Origin: Clostridium tanneri
GTDB lineage: Bacteria > Bacillota > Clostridia > Clostridiales > Clostridiaceae
NCBI RefSeq assembly: GCF_033659955.1
Contig: NZ_JARUJP010000006.1
Span: forward strand, 138,434-202,433
Direction: 5' to 3'
Length of the DNA: 64,000 nt
In this document: piece after piece, positions 50,140 to 59,656 of the stretch
How the letters are laid out: each line of letters begins with the position of its first letter
How positions within the stretch are numbered: the stretch's first letter is position 1
Notes under the pieces: model-generated
Told to the model about the DNA's origin: nothing
The model's input: only the letters and a program-made list of their open reading frames with translations
The model's database searches: none
Translations under genes and position numbers: made by a program

Positions 50140-50347
50140 CCTGTGTGTAGGTAGTTATGTAGTGTGAAAATTAGCTTCAATCAAGACTACAGCCTCTTAT
50201 TCTGGCGAGTTTAAAAAGGACTCAAATTTTTCAGTTCTCGAAGAGACGCATTGAAAAATTTGACCTTTTTAAAAATCGAGCCAGCATTAGAGGCTGTTGT
50301 CGAAGTGAGGGCTAATAGAACACTACATAACTGCCCACATACACAGG
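50140..50347. ncRNA. roughly 208-nt rod-like nested inverted-repeat element (candidate 6S-like structured RNA or MITE remnant)
   Basis: Closing helix 50140-50166/50321-50347 with a 13-bp perfect core AGTTATGTAGTGT/ACACTACATAACT. Helices 50189-50197/50289-50297 and 50210-50219/50264-50273. Apical 11-bp stem 50222-50232/50253-50263 with a 20-nt loop. The strand is unresolved. Confidence 0.3.
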
Positions 50348-50392
50348 CTGCCAAGTCTAATTGCTAGGCTACCTTTGTGTCGCATAATAATG

Positions 50393-50884
50393 CTACATAT
50401 CCATCTTCATATTTGACATATCATTTATAATTGAAGGATCTACCATACCAAAAATCATTGCAATATGTGCAACAACTAAGAAACCACCTACTAAAATAAA
50501 ATGAATTTTCATTTTTTCATTGTCAGTCTTTTTTCTAAATATAATACCTAGCTCCATTAATGCAATTGGAAGTAGGAATAAAACTCCACTTAGATAAAAA
50601 CCAACAGCTACCACATCTACCCAGGTATGCCAACCACCAGTTTTGGTTAAAGGAATAACTGCATTAAACAATAGATAAATAAAAATTCCTGTAAAATAAA
50701 AACCATCAAAAATTCCAACTACTTTATTCAGCGTCCTTAGGCCACCACTTTTAGTTCTGTTAAAAATAATAAAAAATTCAGTTATGGTAAGTGTTTCTGC
50801 CATTATAACAGGTATAGCCATAAATATTATTAAGTTCCAAGGCTGATTCTCTGCTAGAAGGGACATATAATGTGTCATGTTCAA
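50393..50884 (-). CDS. hypothetical integral membrane protein (163 aa)
   Basis: 4-5 predicted TM helices. No recognised motif. Confidence 0.5.
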   Translation of the reverse strand: MNMTHYMSLLAENQPWNLIIFMAIPVIMAETLTITEFFIIFNRTKSGGLRTLNKVVGIFDGFYFTGIFIYLLFNAVIPLTKTGGWHTWVDVVAVGFYLSGVLFLLPIALMELGIIFRKKTDNEKMKIHFILVGGFLVVAHIAMIFGMVDPSIINDMSNMKMDM

Positions 50885-50946
50885 TGTTATTACCTCCTCT
50901 TTTTCTTTGAGAAGATAATATCACTTTCTTATGAAGAAAATATGAA

Positions 50947-50986
50947 GAAAAAAATCAGGTAGTAAATGACCTACCTGATTTTTTTC
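50947..50986. terminator. bidirectional terminator
   Basis: AAAAAAATCAGGTAG taaatgac CTACCTGATTTTTTT. Confidence 0.65.
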
Positions 50987-50992
50987 TTCATA

Positions 50993-51193
50993 TTATTTTA
51001 AACCTTGCTCATAAGCTTCAACCATTTTTTTAACCATGTTTCCACCTACTGATCCAGCCTCTCTTGCTGTAAGATCTCCATTATAGCCTTCTTTTAAATC
51101 TACTCCTACTTCTCTAGCTGATTCCATTTTAAATTGATTTAATCCTGCCTTTGCTTCTGGTACTAATACTCTATTACTATTTCTGCTTGCCAT
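50993..51193 (-). CDS. ssp: alpha/beta-type small acid-soluble spore protein
   Basis: 66 aa; the family signature blocks are present in MASRNSNRVLVPEAKAGLNQFKMESAREVGVDLKEGYNGDLTAREAGSVGGNMVKKMV. Confidence 0.85.
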   Translation of the reverse strand: MASRNSNRVLVPEAKAGLNQFKMESAREVGVDLKEGYNGDLTAREAGSVGGNMVKKMVEAYEQGLK

Positions 51194-51329
51194 AATGTTA
51201 TTCCTCCTTAGCTTTTCTTTAATTTAAATTTCCTTTGTAATGACAGTTTGTGCATTTATAAGATTATTAACCTATTAAATTAAATGAAAAAAAACCATCC
51301 TTTACTAAAGATGGTTTTTTTATATATTA

Positions 51330-52379
51330 TTAATTAACTCTTCTTGCAGTTAAATAATCTCTTCTATTAAGTGGTGATATTTTTACTACATCTCCTGTCT
51401 GAGGAGCATGAATGTAGGCACCGTTTCCTAGGTAAATACCTACATGAGTAGGGTTTCCGCTTGTCCCAAAAAACACTAAGTCTCCTGCCTGAAGCTGGTC
51501 TCTTGATACAGCTGCCCCATGATTTATTTGATCGTAAGTTGTTCTGCCTGTAGATACACCAAAGTGTCCATAAACATACTGAACAAATCCTGAACAATCA
51601 AAGCCAGGATTAGGAGAAGTTCCACCCCATACATAAGGTGTTCCTAAAAAATTGGAAGCATAGGCTATTACATTGTTACTGCTAGTTGATGCTGCACCTC
51701 TTGATAAATTTACTTTAGGTGCTGCTTTCCTTATATCCTGAACCTGTTTTGATGCACTATTAACTACAGCCTGGTCTGCTGAAGCTAATAGCCTTTGTTG
51801 TTGTCTTGCTTGGGCAACTAAAGCCTTTTGCTTTTCTTTATCTTCATTAAGTTTAGATAATTTTTTTTCGTTATCTGATTTTAAAGATACTAACCTTTTA
51901 TTTTCTGCAGTTAGCTTGTCCTTTTTATTTTTAATATCACTCTGCTTTACCTTATAATCTTCTACTACTTTTTTATCAAAGCTGATAACTCTTTTCATCA
52001 TATCAACTCTTGAAATAAAATCTCCAATACCTTCTGAATCCAATACTAAATTTATATATCCACTAGAACCATTTATGTACATTGCTCTCATTCTACTATT
52101 AAATATACCTTGTTGCTTTTTTATATTATCTTCCGCAGTTTTTATTTCCTTTTCTGCAGTCTTTATATCATTTCCTGTTTTAGCTATCTGTTTTTTATTA
52201 TCCTCTAAATTATGTAACACGCTTTCTATTTGATTGTCTAGCTTTTCAATATTTATCTCTAAATTCTCAACCTGAGACTGAGAATTGCTTCTAGGCGCTG
52301 CAAAAACTGCACCATTAACTGTAAAAACCGTCGCCAGTGCTAATAAGAAAACTTTTACTGTTCTGTTCACTGCTACCAC
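51330..52379 (-). CDS. secreted coiled-coil NlpC/P60 (C40) peptidoglycan endopeptidase, CwlO-like
   Basis: Signal peptide, a long coiled-coil, and a C-terminal NlpC/P60 domain with the catalytic Cys (DCSGFVQYVY) and His. Confidence 0.8.
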   Translation of the reverse strand: MVAVNRTVKVFLLALATVFTVNGAVFAAPRSNSQSQVENLEINIEKLDNQIESVLHNLEDNKKQIAKTGNDIKTAEKEIKTAEDNIKKQQGIFNSRMRAMYINGSSGYINLVLDSEGIGDFISRVDMMKRVISFDKKVVEDYKVKQSDIKNKKDKLTAENKRLVSLKSDNEKKLSKLNEDKEKQKALVAQARQQQRLLASADQAVVNSASKQVQDIRKAAPKVNLSRGAASTSSNNVIAYASNFLGTPYVWGGTSPNPGFDCSGFVQYVYGHFGVSTGRTTYDQINHGAAVSRDQLQAGDLVFFGTSGNPTHVGIYLGNGAYIHAPQTGDVVKISPLNRRDYLTARRVN

Positions 52380-52536
52380 TCCTATTCAATCACATATACT
52401 ATATAAAATATCATTAATTTCTAATAATGTAAAGTTTCAATTTAAAATTTACACTTTTATCTTCATAAATTCTACATAAAAATGTTGTATACTTCTAAAT
52501 AATAACTGAAGCTATTATTGATTAAGAGGTGGATTT

Positions 52537-54318
52537 ATGACTTTAAAAAAAATAAAGATAAAAGTATATGATATGACCTGTTCATCTTGTGAAAAGACTA
52601 TTGAAGGAAAGCTTTTAAAGCAAGTTGGAGTTTTAAAGGCAAAAGCAGATTATGTTAAACAATTTGTAGCTATTGAGTTCGATTCGGATTTGTGCAGCTT
52701 AAATGAGCTAAAAACTATTATAAATAATGCAGGGTACTCTACTGAAAAATCTGGAAGCTTTCATCTAGCTGGAATATTTGTAATCGCAGCAGCTATTATT
52801 CTACTTGGTTCTTCAACTTCTGGAATTGATATGAGCAGTATGCTAAATGGTGCTACCTACTTTGTTCTGTTTATAGTGGGAATCCTGACATCTATTCACT
52901 GTGTAGGTATGTGCGGTGGAATAATGCTCTCTCAAAGTTTATCATATAAAGACACTAGTAAGCTGGAAGCAATAAAACCAACATTATTATATAACCTAGG
53001 AAGAGTAATCTCTTATACTATTTTAGGAGGCATAGTTGGTGCCCTAGGTTCTGTTTTATCTCTTTCTTTAAGAACTCAATCAGCACTTCAAATTTTTGCA
53101 GGGATATTTATGATCATAATGGGGCTTAATATGGCTGGTTTTTCCTTGTTTAGGAAGCTTCAAGTAAAACTTCCTTGGTCTTTTTGTAAGGTTAAAAACA
53201 AACCAAAAGCCCCTTTTGTAGTAGGTATTTTAAACGGCTTTATGCCCTGCGGCCCCCTGCAAACTATGCAGCTCTATGCTTTAGGCACAGGTAGTGCATT
53301 AAAAGGCGCCTTATCAATGTTTATATTCGCTCTTGGAACAGTGCCTTTAATGATGACTTTTGGTGCAATTTCAGGACTGCTAAGCAAAGGGTATACAAAG
53401 AAAATTTTAAAATTTAGCGGAATTCTTGTGGTGGTTCTTGGGCTTATAATGGGAAGAAGAGGCCTGGCACTAGCCGGTGTAAACCTCCCTACAATAGGCT
53501 CACTTATGCCACAAAGGGCTGTAGGATCTTCTGGTGCAAATGTAGCTAAAGCTACATTAAAAGATGGTGTTCAAATTATAAATATGACTGCAGACAGCAG
53601 CGGATATATTCCTAATGCTTTTTATGTCCAAAAAGGTATTCCAGTTAAATGGATAATTGATGGTAAGCAAATTACATCCTGTAATAACGAAATTGTTGTT
53701 CCTTCTCAAAATATAAGAAAAAAACTAAAAAGTGGAGAAAATATAATAGAATTTACACCAACAGCTGATGATATTACCTTTAGCTGCTGGATGGGAATGA
53801 TAAGAGGAGTTATTAAAGTAACAGATAATTTAGATTCAGTGGATACATCCAAAACAGATTCCTCCCTGCCTCCTGCAGGAAGCAGCGGCTGCTGTGGAGG
53901 AGGCGCTGCTGTACCTCAACAGGACAGTATTTACGGTGATTTAAGTAAAGTTCCTACTGAGATAGTAGTTAACAAAGCTTTGGTAGTTGGTAATAATCAA
54001 AGCACTACAATTAAAGGAGTTGGTTACGAACTAAAGCCTCTCATCGTTGTTGTAGATAAGGACAAAAAGACTAAGCTAACCTTTGACTTAACTTCCTTTG
54101 ATAACGCTGAAGGAAGATTTGATTTGGTATCTGCTGAAACCGGTGATGTACTAACATATTTTGAAGGAAAAAAAGGAGTTGTGGACCTAGAGATAACTTT
54201 CGATAAACTAGGTGGCTATGGGATAGTTAAAGATGAAACTATTCTTGGTGTTATCGAAGTTGTAGAGGATGTAAAAAAAGCTAATCTTGAGGAAATAAGA
54301 AAAAAATACATTGAATAG
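52537..54318 (+). CDS. HMA-domain / DsbD_2-type transmembrane / cupredoxin-like C-terminal fusion protein (putative metal-handling)
   Basis: N-terminal MTCSSCEKTIE HMA motif; TM core with HCVGMCGG and NGFMPCGP; Cys/Met-rich soluble region (ITSCNNEIVVP...FSCWMGMIRG, GCCGGG). Confidence 0.6.
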   Translation: MTLKKIKIKVYDMTCSSCEKTIEGKLLKQVGVLKAKADYVKQFVAIEFDSDLCSLNELKTIINNAGYSTEKSGSFHLAGIFVIAAAIILLGSSTSGIDMSSMLNGATYFVLFIVGILTSIHCVGMCGGIMLSQSLSYKDTSKLEAIKPTLLYNLGRVISYTILGGIVGALGSVLSLSLRTQSALQIFAGIFMIIMGLNMAGFSLFRKLQVKLPWSFCKVKNKPKAPFVVGILNGFMPCGPLQTMQLYALGTGSALKGALSMFIFALGTVPLMMTFGAISGLLSKGYTKKILKFSGILVVVLGLIMGRRGLALAGVNLPTIGSLMPQRAVGSSGANVAKATLKDGVQIINMTADSSGYIPNAFYVQKGIPVKWIIDGKQITSCNNEIVVPSQNIRKKLKSGENIIEFTPTADDITFSCWMGMIRGVIKVTDNLDSVDTSKTDSSLPPAGSSGCCGGGAAVPQQDSIYGDLSKVPTEIVVNKALVVGNNQSTTIKGVGYELKPLIVVVDKDKKTKLTFDLTSFDNAEGRFDLVSAETGDVLTYFEGKKGVVDLEITFDKLGGYGIVKDETILGVIEVVEDVKKANLEEIRKKYIE

Positions 54319-54337
54319 CCGGATTTAGCTAAACTAT

Positions 54338-54382
54338 AAAAAAAGATGACTTCTCTGTAATACAAGGAAGTCATCTTTTTTA
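54338..54382. terminator. bidirectional terminator
   Basis: AAAAAAAGATGACTTC tctgtaatacaag GAAGTCATCTTTTTTATTTT. Confidence 0.65.
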
Positions 54383-54412
54383 TTTTATAAAATAGATCTG
54401 TTATATTAACAT

Positions 54413-55801
54413 TTATGCAGTTTCAGCTATGTTGTTATCATTATTATCAGAGTCTTTATCTTCTAACAGTTTTACAAGCTTCTTATCAAATAAGAACAGT
54501 AATGCTGCACATACAAACAAGATGACCGGAATGATAACATAGGACTGCATTATTGGATATTTTGAAGCAATAGCATACAGGTATCCATAGGATTTACCTG
54601 CAACAAAGGTAGCAAAAATCCAAACTCCCATTAATACTGAATAGATTTTGTTTGGTGCATACTTAGTAACAAAGGAATTTCCAAGTGGTGAGAACAACAT
54701 TTCTCCTATACTAAGAAGTATACCAAATGCTATGATCCAAACTATGCTTGCCTTAGATGTATCTGCTGCCCCTACACCTCTTGAAAGTTCTGCAAATACA
54801 AGCATCAAGAAAGACATTCCTAGAAAACCAAGTCCTAGTGCTAACTTTTTGAATAAACTTAAATCACCCTTAGGACCCTTGGAAAGCTTAAACCACAATG
54901 CGGCCAATACTGGTCCAAGAGCAATACATACCAAACCATTTAGAGAGTCGAACCATGAAAGAGGCACTGCAAAGCTACCTAGATTCATGTTAACAAACTG
55001 AGCGCCGTAATCGTAAACAGCCAAATAAGTTAGATACCAGAATACCCAGAATACAACTGAAAACATAGATACTAAGACAATTGCAAAAACCTTTCTTTTC
55101 TCCACTTTTGTTAATGGCTTGACTTCAGTTTCAACTTTCTTTTCAACGTGTTTGCCCTCTTTAAAAGGCTTTTTACCTACTTCTCCAAGAAATCTTGTCC
55201 CAAAAAGGAACCATAAAGCATCAATAAGACAGATGGCACCGCATACTTGAAACGCAGGTCTAAATCCCTGAATAGCACCATTTGCAAAAGTAGTTGCTAC
55301 AAGAATACCAACAAATGTTGTTCCAATAAAGGATCCCAAGTTAACGAAGGAATATTGAACTGAAAATGCTGAATCCAGCTGTTTCTCATCTTCAAATAAA
55401 GAACCGTTAATTGCGGAAACATTACCTTTGAAAAGGCCCGTACCAATGGCTACAAGGGCCACCATTATATTCATAGTTGTAACACTGGTTGCGAATCCAC
55501 CTACAAAGTATCCCACAGCCATCAAAGCTAATCCAACAGGAATACAGTATCTAGCGCCGATATATCTATCGGAAATGTATCCACCAACAATAGGTGCAAG
55601 GTACGTAAAAGCAACAAGATTTGATTGAATAAGTGCAGCCTCAACCTTTGTGAGACCTAATCCACCTGTTACCACCGTAGCAGCAACAAAAACGAAAATT
55701 AAATACTTGGCAGAATAATATGCCATTCTTTCTAACATGAACGATATTGAACAAACATAGAAACCAAAAGGACGTTTGTTCTTTGCTAGTGTTTCACTCA
55801 T
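54413..55801 (-). CDS. POT/PTR2-family proton-dependent di/tripeptide transporter (MFS)
   Basis: Start at MSETLAKN after SD AGGAGGAAAATT. About 14 TM helices and POT signature blocks. Confidence 0.85.
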   Translation of the reverse strand: MSETLAKNKRPFGFYVCSISFMLERMAYYSAKYLIFVFVAATVVTGGLGLTKVEAALIQSNLVAFTYLAPIVGGYISDRYIGARYCIPVGLALMAVGYFVGGFATSVTTMNIMVALVAIGTGLFKGNVSAINGSLFEDEKQLDSAFSVQYSFVNLGSFIGTTFVGILVATTFANGAIQGFRPAFQVCGAICLIDALWFLFGTRFLGEVGKKPFKEGKHVEKKVETEVKPLTKVEKRKVFAIVLVSMFSVVFWVFWYLTYLAVYDYGAQFVNMNLGSFAVPLSWFDSLNGLVCIALGPVLAALWFKLSKGPKGDLSLFKKLALGLGFLGMSFLMLVFAELSRGVGAADTSKASIVWIIAFGILLSIGEMLFSPLGNSFVTKYAPNKIYSVLMGVWIFATFVAGKSYGYLYAIASKYPIMQSYVIIPVILFVCAALLFLFDKKLVKLLEDKDSDNNDNNIAETA

Positions 55802-56396
55802 AATTTTCCTCCTTTGAATATATTTTTTATTTCTCCTGTATAGGATTTCAGCCACACCCTCTATTGATCACTTAGGTGCTCTGCTAATTTCTCGTACACA
55901 AGTTTATGATAACTATTTAATATAGTTTTTCATCACCGTTAAGCTCTTCCGTATTTATGACATACCAATATATTGGAGCATAGATAACTGCATAAAAATA
56001 CAAATTCTCTGCTTCAATTTTTTGGTTTAATTTGGAATAATTTCCTTCAACAAGAAAAACGTTTTCACCAACTAGTCTATGGCAACTTTCTTATATCATA
56101 CTGATAAATTAGTTGCATTTAATGTTAATTAAACTTTTTTATTAGTATAATAGTTTGACCTTTATCATTACCATAATTTTGTTTTAAGCACTGCAAGATT
56201 TAACTCACAATGTAATTATATGATATAGCATTATTTTGTCAAGTAAATTTAAAATATCAACCTCTTATTAGACAAAATTCTAAGCTTCTGACAGAGTTTA
56301 CCTATGGTTATGGTTTAATATGTCTATTATAATGACAATTAAAGACTTTTCTCATATCTGAAACTTAGAATTTGTTAATTAAAAATTTAACTTATG

Positions 56397-57212
56397 TTAT
56401 TTTACAAAGCGTCCCTGTTCTGGTACCGCAATTTCTTTAAAGTCATTAACTAACATTAGTAGGTGTTCTCTTAATTTTTCTCCCTTCATTGGTAAACCAT
56501 GACTTACTATTGCCAATGCCGGTTTTAATTCTGCAATTTTTTTCACTGATTGCTCTGCTGCCTTCCAGTCTGTAGTTAAATATTTAGGTGGTCCACTTAT
56601 CTGTTCTTCTTGGCTAAGCACTGAGAATAGTGATTCCTGTTTTAAAGTACAGAAGGCATCTGCTGCTATAACTGTACGGTCTCTATCACGAAATAATGAA
56701 ATATGCCCTTCTGTATGTCCCGGTGTATGTATCCAGGTCCACTCTGGCATACCAGGCACTGTTCCATCCTGTGGTAAAGAGTGAATCTTATCACCTAAAT
56801 TTAAAGCCTTGTGCGGGAAGGCTGAAGACATTTCTGATACCAATCCTCCATCTACTGTTGAGTCTCCTTGAGGATAGTCCTTCTTCCCTGTAAGATAAGG
56901 AAGCTCTAACTGATGGGCGTATACTGGTATATTCCAATGATTTGCTAAATTAATCACTGATCCCACATGATCAAAATGACCATGAGTAAGTATAATTGCT
57001 TTAGGTTTAGTATTCCTACCAAATCTTTCCGCCACCTCTTTTAAAATAAAATCTGCTGAATTTTCCATACCTGTATCCACAAGAACAAATCCATCTTTAC
57101 TTCCTACTAAACATGCATTAACAATAGTAAATTGTAAAAGTACAATGTCTTCTGTAACTTGTTCGGATTTCATGGTAACATTAGATATTTTGTGAAGCAT
57201 TTCAGTTATCAT
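56397..57212 (-). CDS. MBL-fold metallo-hydrolase
   Basis: HxHxDH motif (THGHFDHVG). Confidence 0.8.
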   Translation of the reverse strand: MITEMLHKISNVTMKSEQVTEDIVLLQFTIVNACLVGSKDGFVLVDTGMENSADFILKEVAERFGRNTKPKAIILTHGHFDHVGSVINLANHWNIPVYAHQLELPYLTGKKDYPQGDSTVDGGLVSEMSSAFPHKALNLGDKIHSLPQDGTVPGMPEWTWIHTPGHTEGHISLFRDRDRTVIAADAFCTLKQESLFSVLSQEEQISGPPKYLTTDWKAAEQSVKKIAELKPALAIVSHGLPMKGEKLREHLLMLVNDFKEIAVPEQGRFVK

Positions 57213-57399
57213 TATAAATACCTCCAGTAAATGACTTTAATTTACTCATATTCTATAGATATTATGTGCATATTAAAATCACTATATTACTAAAAGCTTT
57301 AACTATCCAATAGCTTTGTCAACTTCTTCACAAGTTTGTTATTTTCAAAACATGGTTATATAACCAATATTAAAAGACTGATGACAAAATATATAATCA

Positions 57400-57975
57400 T
57401 CAGTCTTCTTTTATAGTAAAGCCTTGTTTAGGAACTCCCAATTTATATTTTTTATCTGATGGATAAAATCTTAGCACTATCTTTGCGGAAAATAATCCCA
57501 CTATAACTCCTGTTAAGATATCTGACGGATAATGCACAAAGAGATATAGTCTTGATAAGGCTATCAGCACCGCTAGTATAATAATCGGTACCCTATATTT
57601 TTTAAACTGAGTTGCTAGTATACCTGCAGCAGCAAAGGCTGTTGATGTATGCCCTGACGGAAAAGAGTATGATGATGGCTTAGGTATTATTAAATCAACA
57701 GTTGGCACTAGTACAAAAGGTCTCTGTCTTTGAAATAAATGTTTCAATATTCCCTCTCCAATAATAGTATTCACCAATAATGCTAGTCCACATATTAATC
57801 CAATCCTTCTATACCTTTTGGTAATCACTAAAGCAACTGTTATAGTGATCCAAAGTATGCCTCCATTTCCCAAATAAGTTATGAATGGTACTATTCTATC
57901 TAGTATAGGATTTTGCAAATTATCATGGATAAACCTTAGCAAATTTAGGTCCATATTTTGTAGGCTTTGCATCAC
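57400..57975 (-). CDS. PAP2-family phosphatase (undecaprenyl-diphosphatase-like)
   Basis: KX6RP, PSGH (SFPSGHTS) and SRX5HX3D motifs with 4-5 TM helices. Confidence 0.8.
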   Translation of the reverse strand: MMQSLQNMDLNLLRFIHDNLQNPILDRIVPFITYLGNGGILWITITVALVITKRYRRIGLICGLALLVNTIIGEGILKHLFQRQRPFVLVPTVDLIIPKPSSYSFPSGHTSTAFAAAGILATQFKKYRVPIIILAVLIALSRLYLFVHYPSDILTGVIVGLFSAKIVLRFYPSDKKYKLGVPKQGFTIKED

Positions 57976-58122
57976 AGTTACCTCCCCTTTATCCTAAATA
58001 TAAGGTTTCATTTTAATAACCTCTTCCTGATAGTATATATAATACAATATTTTTTTTACTTATAGTAGTACTTTTTATTGTCATTGGAGGAGTAATTAAT
58101 GGATTATTTATTCCTAATCTTA

Positions 58123-58216
58123 GCTTTAGTGGTAACTATAATTAAGAATAACTTGAAAGCAAGGTAGTAGGTTCCTGGATAATCTTCTTTAGTGATAACT
58201 ATAATTAAGAATAACT
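58123..58216. repeat. about 30-nt direct repeat (two copies, period 63) upstream of the 58274 gene
   Basis: GCTTTAGTGGTAACTATAATTAAGAATAACT and TCTTTAGTGATAACTATAATTAAGAATAACT. Confidence 0.5.
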
Positions 58217-58273
58217 AGCTTATAAAAAAGTAATAATAAAATAAATAATACTAGTTTAAAGGAGAGAATTTTC

Positions 58274-59602
58274 ATGATTGAAGGTATTACAGGATACGTT
58301 TCAAATGCTTTAATTGACAATATGCTTCCAAAATTACTTACAACTCAGTACGGTGAAAATCTTTTTGACACAGTAACAACTGCACAAAAGGTAACAGTTC
58401 ATGCAGCACTAGAAGCTTGTTTGAGAGGAGAACTGGGAAAAGCACTTGAACGCCCTTTAGGAAGTCCTAATGTGCATTCCTACTGGAGTAAACTTTTTTT
58501 AAATCCTACTCAATTGTTTTCACTGCCTACAGCTGATAACACTACTATAAGCACAGAAGTTACAATAGGAAAAAATGCAAAAAAACCATTAAAGTTAAGC
58601 ATGCCTATAATGATTTCAGCAATGTCCTATGGTGGTTCCTTAAGTCTTGATGCAAAGGTTTCATTAGCAAAAGCTGCTAGTAAAGTAGGTACAGCTACTA
58701 ATACAGGGGAATCTGCTCTTTCAAATGAGGAAAGAGAAAGTGCCAGCCTTCTTATAGGTCAATATAATCGATATGAAGTAATGAATACAAAAGATCAACT
58801 TTCAAGACTTGATGCTATAGAGGTGCAATTAGGTCAGGGTGCTTGGGGTGGTGCATTACCTGCTAATATTAAGGCAGATAAAATAAGACAACACATGCGA
58901 GAAACTTGGCACCTAAAACATGGGCAAGACGGAATTCGTGGAGCAAGATTTAAAGGTATAAACAGTTCGCAGGATATCATTAACTTGTTAAATAATTTAA
59001 AATCTCAGTATGATGTGCCTATTGGAGTTAAAATTGCAGGTACTCATTACATTGAAAAGGAATTAGACGTAATTTTACAAACAAATGTAGATTTTATAGT
59101 AATCGATGGTTCCGAAGGTGGTACCGCAGCATCTATGGTTACTCTGCAGGATGATGTAGGACTTCCAACATTGTATTCTCTATCAAGGGCAGCAAAATAC
59201 CTGGATAGTAAGGGTGTAAAGAATAAGTATGACTTGATTATAACTGGCGGTTTAAAAACACCTGGAGATTTTGTTAAAGCATTAGCCCTTGGTGCTAATG
59301 CAGTTTATATAGGAACAATAGCACTTATGGCACTAATTCAAAGTCAAATTACTAAGGCTCTTCCTGAATATCCTGCTCCACAAATGGTGCTGTATAATGG
59401 AAAGCTAACAGACAGGCTCGATATTGATAGAGGCGCTGAAACATTAGCTAATTTTTTAACTTCTTCTGTAGAAGAGATGAAGCTAGTATTAATTGCAATG
59501 GGAAAGGATAACATAAACCAGCTGAATTCTAAGGATTTAGTTTCCGTTGATAAGGAACTCTCAGAGGTTTTAGGAATAGGCTACGCTGGTTATCCTTCTT
59601 AA
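58274..59602 (+). CDS. glutamate synthase domain-2-like FMN-binding protein
   Basis: PF01645-like TIM-barrel blocks (IGVKIAG, IVIDGSEGGTAA, GGLKTPGD). Confidence 0.75.
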   Translation: MIEGITGYVSNALIDNMLPKLLTTQYGENLFDTVTTAQKVTVHAALEACLRGELGKALERPLGSPNVHSYWSKLFLNPTQLFSLPTADNTTISTEVTIGKNAKKPLKLSMPIMISAMSYGGSLSLDAKVSLAKAASKVGTATNTGESALSNEERESASLLIGQYNRYEVMNTKDQLSRLDAIEVQLGQGAWGGALPANIKADKIRQHMRETWHLKHGQDGIRGARFKGINSSQDIINLLNNLKSQYDVPIGVKIAGTHYIEKELDVILQTNVDFIVIDGSEGGTAASMVTLQDDVGLPTLYSLSRAAKYLDSKGVKNKYDLIITGGLKTPGDFVKALALGANAVYIGTIALMALIQSQITKALPEYPAPQMVLYNGKLTDRLDIDRGAETLANFLTSSVEEMKLVLIAMGKDNINQLNSKDLVSVDKELSEVLGIGYAGYPS

Positions 59603-59656
59603 ATATTTAAGGAGAGTTCATTAATTTACCCTTGGGAATTAATGAACTCTCCTGTT

